DNA from: Dehalococcoidia bacterium
Lineage (GTDB): Bacteria > Chloroflexota > Dehalococcoidia > SZUA-161
Length of the DNA: 39,413 bases
Direction: 5' to 3'
NCBI GenBank assembly: GCA_036446335.1
Contig: JAZFSU010000127.1
Location: 1-39,413 of the forward strand
Part shown: positions 33,506 through 39,413 of the stretch, one piece after another
How positions within the stretch are numbered: the first letter of the stretch is position 1
Layout: every line of letters begins with the position of its first letter
Notes under the pieces: model-generated
Seen by the model: only the letters and a program-made list of their open reading frames with translations
Databases searched by the model: none
What the model was told of the DNA's origin: nothing
Program-made: the position numbers and the translations under genes

Positions 33506-34594
33506 TCAATCGGCCGGTTCCGAAAGACACCCTTTCAGCACTCTCGCCACCTCGAACGGGTCACTGGAGACAACGCTCGAGGCGTAAAGCTCCATTGTTC
33601 CAATATCTGACGCAAGGCTCCTGGAGTCCCCCCGTTCAACGAGCCGGGCCATGGCAGGGAAACCTTCCCAGTCCTCTGCGACTTCCGCTATGGGGGGAAG
33701 ATACAGTGCCAAATTGAACGTGGTGACCCCCATCCGGTCCCGGAAACACGCCAGCACTTCGTAGATTCTCTCCTTGAGCGAGAGGTCCAGTCGAGGAGCC
33801 ATCAGTATGGTCTCCTTCTCCTTGACCGGACTCAAATACGCCATGATCCTGATGCCGTCTTCCTCAAATCCGCAGCCCACGGACCGATGAACGTGGAACA
33901 GGTCCTCATAGTAGTCCCGCCCGTACCTATCCCGGTACGACCATGCCGCACGGCGCAAGTGCTCAATCTTTGAGTAGTGCCTGCGGCGACCGAGCATGAC
34001 CTGGGCATGGCCATGCCTCAACGAAGCGCCAGCCCTCTCCCCACAGTTCCACATGAAGAAGAAATAGCTGGCCTCGGGATCAACACCGTGTGCTTCCTGC
34101 GCCCACCGGCACCCGGTGTCAATGTAGTCGATCACCTGCTCGCGCGTGAACCGAAGGGGATCAGGTTCGTTAAAGACCACGACGCCGTGAAACGCCTCGT
34201 ACTTCGCAACGTTGCCGGCCGTGATGCAGTGCTTGCCCTCCACGCGCCCGAAGACATCCTCCGGCGTCGTAGTCAGCGGGTCTCGAAGAGGGTCTTCGCC
34301 CGAATGCACCGAGGCTGAACCCAGTCCCCGCCCGAGGGGCCGACTGGCCCGTAGCGGGTTGAAGAGCGCTTCCTCCATCGTCACCAAGTTCGCGACCCGG
34401 ACGATCTGCTGCTGCATCGCGCTCTCGACAGAGCCAAACCGTTCCGCGAGCCAGGGCCTCATGCTCTCGGGAGGCCTCAGGCTCCCTTCTGACACCGAAA
34501 CGTCGAAGATGCGCTCGAAGGCCTCTTTCTCTTCCCTGGGCAGCGAAGAGACCACGGCATGGAGACTGGCGATCTCGCCCTTGGATTCTGCCAC
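33506..34594 (-). CDS. GalT-like HIT-superfamily nucleotidyltransferase/phosphorylase (HxHxQ), specificity unknown
   Basis: LFNPLRASRP (compare the GalT NPxRxxRP motif) and WNCGERAGASLRHGHAQV (H-x-H-x-Q). GTG start 8 nt after the purH stop, with RBS GAGG. Confidence 0.6.
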   Translation of the reverse strand: MAESKGEIASLHAVVSSLPREEKEAFERIFDVSVSEGSLRPPESMRPWLAERFGSVESAMQQQIVRVANLVTMEEALFNPLRASRPLGRGLGSASVHSGEDPLRDPLTTTPEDVFGRVEGKHCITAGNVAKYEAFHGVVVFNEPDPLRFTREQVIDYIDTGCRWAQEAHGVDPEASYFFFMWNCGERAGASLRHGHAQVMLGRRRHYSKIEHLRRAAWSYRDRYGRDYYEDLFHVHRSVGCGFEEDGIRIMAYLSPVKEKETILMAPRLDLSLKERIYEVLACFRDRMGVTTFNLALYLPPIAEVAEDWEGFPAMARLVERGDSRSLASDIGTMELYASSVVSSDPFEVARVLKGCLSEPAD

Positions 34595-34602
34595 CCAAAA
34601 CC

Positions 34603-36147
34603 TCAGTGCCTGAAATGGCGGACGCCGGTAAACACCATGGCCATGTTGTGCCTGTTCGCTGTCTCAATTGCCTCTTCATCCTTCACCGAGCCGCCGGGCT
34701 GCACGATGGCGGTTACGCCACCACTTGCAGCCAGTTCGACACCATCAGGGAACGGGAAAAAGGCGTCCGAGCCAAGCACGCTGCCTCGACTGTTGTCCCC
34801 CGCCTTTTTCAAGGCTATCTCCACGCTGACCACCCTGCTCGGCTGGCCGGCTCCCATCCCCACCACCATTGAGTTCCTGGCCAACACGATGGCATTCGAC
34901 TTCACGTGCTTGACGGCCTTCCAGGCGAAGACAAGATCGTTCAATTCCTCTTTTGTGGGCTCTCGCTTCGTGACAGTGCGCCAGCTCCCGCTGTCCTCGG
35001 CCAGCGAATCCGACGTTTGAAGCAGAAAGCCGCCGCTGACATGACGGAAAGCCAGGCCGGCAGAAGCTCCTCCCCCCGGGCCGGCCTCCCGCGAGCCCAT
35101 AGCGAGGATACGAAGGTCCCGCTTCTGCTTGAGCAACTCGAGGGCGTCATCTTCGTAGTCAGGCGCAAGGATCACTTCGTAGAAAGTCTTCTGTATCTCC
35201 TGGGCCGTGGCGAGGTCAACAGGTCTGTTCAGAGCCACTATTCCACCGAAGGCGGCCACCGGGTCCCCGGCATGCGCACGTCGATACGTCTCGGCAAGAT
35301 CCTGACTCGTGGCCAGGCCACAGGGGTTTGTGTGCTTGATCACAGCTACCGCCGGAGCCTCGAAGTCATTGGCGGCGCCCCAGGCGGCATCGGCATCGAG
35401 TATGTTGTTGAAGGAAAGCTCCTTGCCCCAGAGCTGCCTCGATGAACCAACGCCGACGCCGGCCCCCCCCGCTACCACCTCCTCGTAGAAGGCGGCGACC
35501 TGATGAGGATTCTCCCCGTACCGCAAGTCGTTCTTCTTCTTCAGGGCAATCGTCAATTCGTCGGCGAAGCTGTCCTCACCGAGCCGAAGATACTGGGCTA
35601 TAGCAGTGTCATAGACTGCGACATGCTGGAACGCCTTTTGGGCCAATTTCTTTCTTTCTTCGATGCCGGCTCCGCCATCACGAATCTGTCCCAGAAGAGG
35701 GCCGTAGTCCTCAGGATCAACGACCACGAGCACATCGGGGAAGTTCTTCGCCGCAGCCCGGATCATGGTGGGGCCGCCAATATCGATGTTCTCCAGCGCC
35801 TCCTCCAGACTCACGTCGGGCTTCGCGACCGTCTCCCTGAACGGATAGAGATTGACCGCCACCAGATCGATCGGGGATATCCGATTCTCCTCGAGCTGAG
35901 TCAAATGATCAGGGAGATTCCGCCTGGCCAGTATGCCACCGTGCACCGCAGGATGGAGGGTCTTCACACGACCACCCAGGATTTCGGGGAATCCGGTCAA
36001 CTCGCTAACGCTCTGCACCGCAACACCGGCCTCTTCCAGCGCTTTCTTGGTCCCTCCGGTGCTGAACAGTTCGAATTTCGCGTCAATGAGGCCCCGGGCG
36101 AAATCGACGAGCCCCGTCTTGTCAGAGACACTCAGAATGGCACGCAT
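34603..36147 (-). CDS. purH: bifunctional AICAR transformylase / IMP cyclohydrolase
   Basis: MRAILSVSDKTGLVDFARGL...GGTKKALEEAGV...GRVKTLHP...VVNLYPF...DIGGPTMIRAAAKN...VFTGVRHFRH. Confidence 0.95.
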   Translation of the reverse strand: MRAILSVSDKTGLVDFARGLIDAKFELFSTGGTKKALEEAGVAVQSVSELTGFPEILGGRVKTLHPAVHGGILARRNLPDHLTQLEENRISPIDLVAVNLYPFRETVAKPDVSLEEALENIDIGGPTMIRAAAKNFPDVLVVVDPEDYGPLLGQIRDGGAGIEERKKLAQKAFQHVAVYDTAIAQYLRLGEDSFADELTIALKKKNDLRYGENPHQVAAFYEEVVAGGAGVGVGSSRQLWGKELSFNNILDADAAWGAANDFEAPAVAVIKHTNPCGLATSQDLAETYRRAHAGDPVAAFGGIVALNRPVDLATAQEIQKTFYEVILAPDYEDDALELLKQKRDLRILAMGSREAGPGGGASAGLAFRHVSGGFLLQTSDSLAEDSGSWRTVTKREPTKEELNDLVFAWKAVKHVKSNAIVLARNSMVVGMGAGQPSRVVSVEIALKKAGDNSRGSVLGSDAFFPFPDGVELAASGGVTAIVQPGGSVKDEEAIETANRHNMAMVFTGVRHFRH

Positions 36148-36195
36148 CGACAGCCTCCTTTCATTTCAGTAGATGACCCCATGCTACGGGCAGCG

Positions 36196-37275
36196 TCAAG
36201 AGATGGCCACCCGTTCCTTTCCCGCATCCTCCGCCACCTCTCCTACAAGCCGTGCTTCGGGGACAGAGGCAATCAGTTCGTCAACGTGTGCACGAGGGCA
36301 AATCAGGACCATTCCGATCCCCATATTGAACACACGATACATCTCAGCTTCGCCCACGTTGCCACGCTTCCGGATAAGGTCAAAAATGGGTGGCACTGGC
36401 CAGGAGCCGGACCGAAAGTGTGCCACAAGGCCCTGAGGGATGATCCGAGCCACGTTGTCGACGATGCCGCCCCCCGTGATATGCGCCAGCGCCTTGATCC
36501 TCCGTACTCCCTCCTCCTCACCGGCCTGCGCCGCCCCGCCACGCAATGCCCCCTTCAGCACCCGATAATAGCAGCGGTGGGGCTCGAGCAGCTCCTCGCC
36601 CAGCGTGCGCCCAAGCTCAGGATACGAGGCAGCGAGAGCCGTGGAAGCGTTCCGGTCCAGGTCGAAGACTCTGCGCACCAGTGAGTACCCATTGGTATGC
36701 AGTCCGCTGGACGGGAGCGCCAGGACGGCATCACCCGCCTCAAGTGGCGTGCCGTGCAGCAACTGATCCCGTTCAACGGCGCCCACAATAAAGCCCGCCA
36801 GGTCGTAGTCCCCGGCTGCATAGATGCCGGGCATCTCGGCAGTCTCGCCGCCGATCAGTGCGCACCCGGCGTCACGGCAGGCGAGAGACAGCCCGGAGAT
36901 AAGACCGGCCACCCTCTCTGGAACAAGCTTCCCCATGGCTATGTAGTCGAGAAAGAAGAGGGGCTCTGCGCCACAGGTGAAGATGTCGTTCACGCAATGA
37001 TTGACGAGATCGACTCCGATGGTGTCATGTCGATCGAGGGCAATAGCGATCCTGACCTTGGTGCCGACGCCATCGGCGCTCGACACCAGTACCGGCTCTT
37101 TGAATCCGGACAGTTGAAACAGGCCTGCGAAAGGCCCTATGCCGGTCAGGACCTCGGGGCGAAAGGTGGTGCGAGCTTGCCCCTTCACGAACTCCAGCGC
37201 CCTGCCGGCCGCATCAAGGTCGACGCCGGCCGAAGCGTAAGTTTCCTGTGCTTTTTCGGTTTCCCGTCCCACCAA
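36196..37275 (-). CDS. purM: phosphoribosylformylglycinamidine cyclo-ligase (AIR synthetase)
   Basis: TYASAGVDLDAG...DGVGTK...DLVNHCVNDI...LDYIA...GGETAEMPG...HITGGG. TTG/GTG start with RBS GGAG. Confidence 0.95.
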   Translation of the reverse strand: MVGRETEKAQETYASAGVDLDAAGRALEFVKGQARTTFRPEVLTGIGPFAGLFQLSGFKEPVLVSSADGVGTKVRIAIALDRHDTIGVDLVNHCVNDIFTCGAEPLFFLDYIAMGKLVPERVAGLISGLSLACRDAGCALIGGETAEMPGIYAAGDYDLAGFIVGAVERDQLLHGTPLEAGDAVLALPSSGLHTNGYSLVRRVFDLDRNASTALAASYPELGRTLGEELLEPHRCYYRVLKGALRGGAAQAGEEEGVRRIKALAHITGGGIVDNVARIIPQGLVAHFRSGSWPVPPIFDLIRKRGNVGEAEMYRVFNMGIGMVLICPRAHVDELIASVPEARLVGEVAEDAGKERVAIS

Positions 37276-37308
37276 GCATCACTCCGCAGAAGAAGTGAGG
37301 ATTCGCGC

Positions 37309-38706
37309 CTAGCCCACGCTGGGAACAGCCTCCAGCGCAAGCTTGTCCATCTCAAGCTGAACGGGCACCGGATAGTCGCCGGTAAAGCACGCGAGACAGA
37401 AGAGCTCTCGGGGCAGACCCACGGCCCGTATCAGGCCGTCCACGCTGAGATAGCTCAGCGAGTCCGCCCCAATGGCCTCAGCGATCGCGGGAACTTCCTT
37501 CTGTGCGGCAATCAACTCCTGCCTGCTGGCCATGTCGACGCCGAAGAAGCAGGGGTAGCGAATGGGAGGCGCGCAGATGCACATATGCACCTCGCTGGCC
37601 CCGGCCTTTCGCAGCAAGCTGATCACCTTGGGGGTGGTCGTGCCGCGCACAATGCTGTCATCAACCACAACCAGTCTCTTCCCTGAGATCACTTCGGGCA
37701 TCGGGTTGAACTTGAGTTTGACTCCCAGGTCGCGCAATCTCTGTTCCGGCTGGATGAACGTACGGCCAACGTAACGGTTCTTGAGCAGGCCCTCGCTATA
37801 GGGAATGCCCGACTCCGCGGCGTACCCAAGGCCGGCCGCCGTGGCTGAATCGGGAATGCCGATAACAAGGTCAGCATCCACCACATGCTCACGAGCCAGC
37901 TCCCTGCCCATATCCTGGCGCGCCAGATAGAGACGCCGGCCGGCGATCATGCTGTCAGGACGGGCAAAGTAGATGAATTCGAAAATGCACAGCCCTTTCC
38001 TCCCCGCCCTGCCCACGCTGAAGCTCTCGACCCCGGCCGAGTCCACAATGACCGCCTCACCGGGCTCGAGCTCTCGAACATTCTGAGCGCCCAGGTGGTC
38101 GAGAGCGCAACTCTCCGAGGCAATGACCCAACCCCCATCGAACGTGCCCATGCAGAGCGGTCGCACCCCCATGGGGTCGCGAACGCCGAGAAGCTTGCCT
38201 TCAGCGATGATAACCAGGCTGTACGCCCCTTGCAGCCTGCCCATAGCGTGCTTCGTCCTCTCGACGATGTCACTTCCGGGAGAAGACGCAAGGAGGCAGG
38301 CAATCACTTCGGAATCCGTGGTAGTAGAGAAGGTGAAGCCCTTCTCCTCCAGCTCCCTGCGGAGGTGCGCAGCATTGACGATGTTCCCATTGTGCGCCAG
38401 CGCGACATCCCCCCGGGGGCTCGACACCACGATCGGCTGAGCGTTGAAGATGCGGCTGGAGCCTGTTGTCGAGTATCGGTTATGGCCGATGGCCACGCTT
38501 CCTCTCAGCTGATCAAGAGTCGCTTCAGTGAACACCTGGGACACGAGCCCCATGGCAGCGCGGAGCCTGACCCGGCTTCCCTCCAACGTAGCTATGCCCG
38601 AGCTCTCCTGCCCTCGGTGCTGCAGAGCGAAAAGACCGAAGTATGTAATGCGAGCCACCTCCTCGCCAGGAGCGTAGACGCCAAAGACGCCGCAAGACTC
38701 GCGCAA
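37309..38706 (-). CDS. purF: amidophosphoribosyltransferase ([4Fe-4S] type with short propeptide)
   Basis: Ntn nucleophile in CGVFGVYAPG and LQHRGQESSGIA. PRTase motif VVVDDSIVRGTT. Cys ligands in CICAPPIRYPCFFG and CLACFTG. Start assigned to TTG 38706 (RBS GGAGAAGGGAG 5 nt upstream), giving M-R-E-S before Cys. Confidence 0.9.
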   Translation of the reverse strand: MRESCGVFGVYAPGEEVARITYFGLFALQHRGQESSGIATLEGSRVRLRAAMGLVSQVFTEATLDQLRGSVAIGHNRYSTTGSSRIFNAQPIVVSSPRGDVALAHNGNIVNAAHLRRELEEKGFTFSTTTDSEVIACLLASSPGSDIVERTKHAMGRLQGAYSLVIIAEGKLLGVRDPMGVRPLCMGTFDGGWVIASESCALDHLGAQNVRELEPGEAVIVDSAGVESFSVGRAGRKGLCIFEFIYFARPDSMIAGRRLYLARQDMGRELAREHVVDADLVIGIPDSATAAGLGYAAESGIPYSEGLLKNRYVGRTFIQPEQRLRDLGVKLKFNPMPEVISGKRLVVVDDSIVRGTTTPKVISLLRKAGASEVHMCICAPPIRYPCFFGVDMASRQELIAAQKEVPAIAEAIGADSLSYLSVDGLIRAVGLPRELFCLACFTGDYPVPVQLEMDKLALEAVPSVG

Positions 38707-38767
38707 TCTGGCTCCCTTCTCCGTGAGGAGTCGCTCTCCACCGGTCTTTCCAGCTGATTGCAGCTTG

Positions 38768-38796
38768 ATTATAAACCCCACAGGTTCGCAGGTCAA
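38768..38796 (-). promoter_or_regulatory. putative pur operon promoter
   Basis: Minus strand TTGACC (38796-38791), 17 nt spacer, TATAAT (38773-38768). About 55 nt upstream of TTG 38706. Confidence 0.6.
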
Positions 38797-38879
38797 TCTC
38801 ACGCACCTTGGCTTAGTCCGTGGGTACTCGATCAAAATGTTCACCTCATTGATGACTGTGGCAAACTCGGGGGTTTGGA

Positions 38880-38970
38880 TGTCATTGCGAGCAGAGCGAA
38901 GCAATCTGTCTTTTCGTATCAGAGATTGCCGCGTCGCCCTTCGGTTCCCTCAGGGCGCCTCGCAATGACA
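38880..38970. repeat. 91-bp nested palindromic (MITE/REP-like) element
   Basis: Perfect 12-bp terminal inverted repeat TGTCATTGCGAG (38880-38891) / CTCGCAATGACA (38959-38970). Inner inverted repeat GCAATCT / AGATTGC and an internal GC hairpin CGCCC...GGGCG. Confidence 0.6.
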
Positions 38971-39319
38971 GCAAACATGTCCCCTTACGAATCCACGGAT
39001 TAAGGCCTTGGCCCTGCGAGCCTGCTCGCTTCCCGCCGGAGGCCGGACACCCCGACCTCTGAGACTGCCGGCGGCTGGAATATGACTATTTGGCTAGGTC
39101 CTCCGGTACTACTGGGTGATTGTGGCCCTAGTGTGGAGTGGATATGATTGCCTCAAGATGCACTCAATAGCTCGCAAATGTGGCGGATTATCAAGAAGTG
39201 CTCGCGTTAGCTCTACGAACCACGGCAGAGGGACAATTGAATAAGGAAAAGCGTGGAAGGGACTCGAAAACACCACGCACCATCCCGGTAGCCACTACCG
39301 GCGCGAAGGGGGCGATGCA

Positions 39320-39413
39320 GTGAACAGAACTGTCAGGAGAACACCAAGCAAGAGCGCGTGGGACGACAAAGCGATCATGACATGTGATGAAGTCGCCACA
39401 TTCTTGAGAGTAC
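39320..39413 (+). CDS. possible start of a small HTH (excisionase/MerR-like) gene, truncated by the right edge
   Basis: GTG 39320 with RBS GAAGGGGG 7 nt upstream. VNRTVRRTPSKSAWDDKAIMTCDEVATFLRV resembles the typical (L/M)TxxEVAxxLxVS helix-turn-helix start. Only 31 codons are visible. Confidence 0.3.
   Translation, partial: MNRTVRRTPSKSAWDDKAIMTCDEVATFLRV

Noticed and set aside
35463-35470. C8 (G8 on the coding strand) homopolymer inside purH. Shorter C7 runs occur at 19884-19890 and 31366-31372.
   Set aside because: They are too short, and two of the three lie in essential housekeeping genes (Gly-Gly codons). They are not credible phase-variation sites. Only the 12-mer at 29260-29271 is reported.
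35503-36684. 393-aa plus-strand ORF, and similar long ORFs at 36697-37686 (329 aa), 37885-38757 (290 aa), 30793-31548 (251 aa), 20366-21073 (235 aa, minus strand) and 3955-4536 (193 aa, minus strand).
   Set aside because: All lie antisense to, or out of frame with, genes that have unambiguous conserved motifs (purH, purM, purF, MBL/pepA, yihY, folP). Their translations are R/P/G/A-rich, low-complexity shadow frames typical of GC-rich DNA. None has a recognisable motif or a good RBS.
1-39413. Looked for CRISPR arrays, rRNA or tRNA genes, IS elements, integrases, toxin-antitoxin pairs and known defence-system hallmarks.
   Set aside because: There are no regularly spaced direct repeats, no rRNA or tRNA signatures, and no transposase- or integrase-like ORFs. 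The only repeat-like items are the single 91-bp palindrome and short operator-like motifs, which are reported separately.

Overview
This is a 39.4-kb GC-rich bacterial chromosomal segment (roughly 58-60 % GC by eye). It is densely packed, almost entirely housekeeping, and has many 4-nt ATGA/GTGA start-stop overlaps.

Gene order, left to right:
- an edge-truncated GAF-PAS sensor (minus strand, missed by the ORF track)
- thiE coupled to a translin-like gene
- two tandem FmdB zinc-ribbon paralogues
- folP-folK-PTPS(COG0720)
- a small membrane protein, Trm112 and lepB
- ECF sigma, anti-sigma and a SIMPL lipoprotein, closed by a strong terminator
- an AT-richer orphan gene with its own promoter
- yceD-rpmF-fabD-fabG-Mth938-nusB-acpP
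- a gene-free gap of about 420 nt
- a split TSUP (TauE/SafE) transporter, udg, ftsK and a fused accD-accA
- a structured leader followed by yihY, then htrA
- a long minus-strand block: ileS with a clear T-box leader, enoyl-CoA hydratase, jag, yidC, a PQQ-like beta-propeller, yidD, rnpA, rpmH (under 60 aa, not in the ORF track), an MBL hydrolase, pepA, a GT2 glycosyltransferase, a GalT/HIT-like protein, and purH-purM-purF
- a 91-bp palindromic element and a possible HTH gene start at the right edge

I found no rRNA, tRNA, CRISPR array, transposase/integrase or recognisable defence or toxin system. I do not see a convincing novel multi-gene system.

The observations most worth a second look are mostly non-coding or architectural:
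- a roughly 200-nt structured leader with weak cobalamin-riboswitch-like blocks in front of a YihY-family membrane protein
- a switch-like three-way-junction fold in the orphan gap after acpP
- a G12 homopolymer inside a beta-propeller gene (possible lipoprotein) inserted in the rpmH-yidC operon
- a half-size TSUP gene pair
- a COG0720 protein carrying both the Cys and Glu active-site signatures next to folP-folK
- an orphan gene whose promoter is framed by three copies of one 10-mer
- a recurrent GTGGTA extended -10 signature in four predicted promoters

Lineage cannot be determined without a search. The combination of a T-box on ileS, an accD-accA fusion, a bacterial translin and a Thermus-like IleRS is reminiscent of Chloroflexota or Deinococcus-Thermus-type genomes, but that is inference only.
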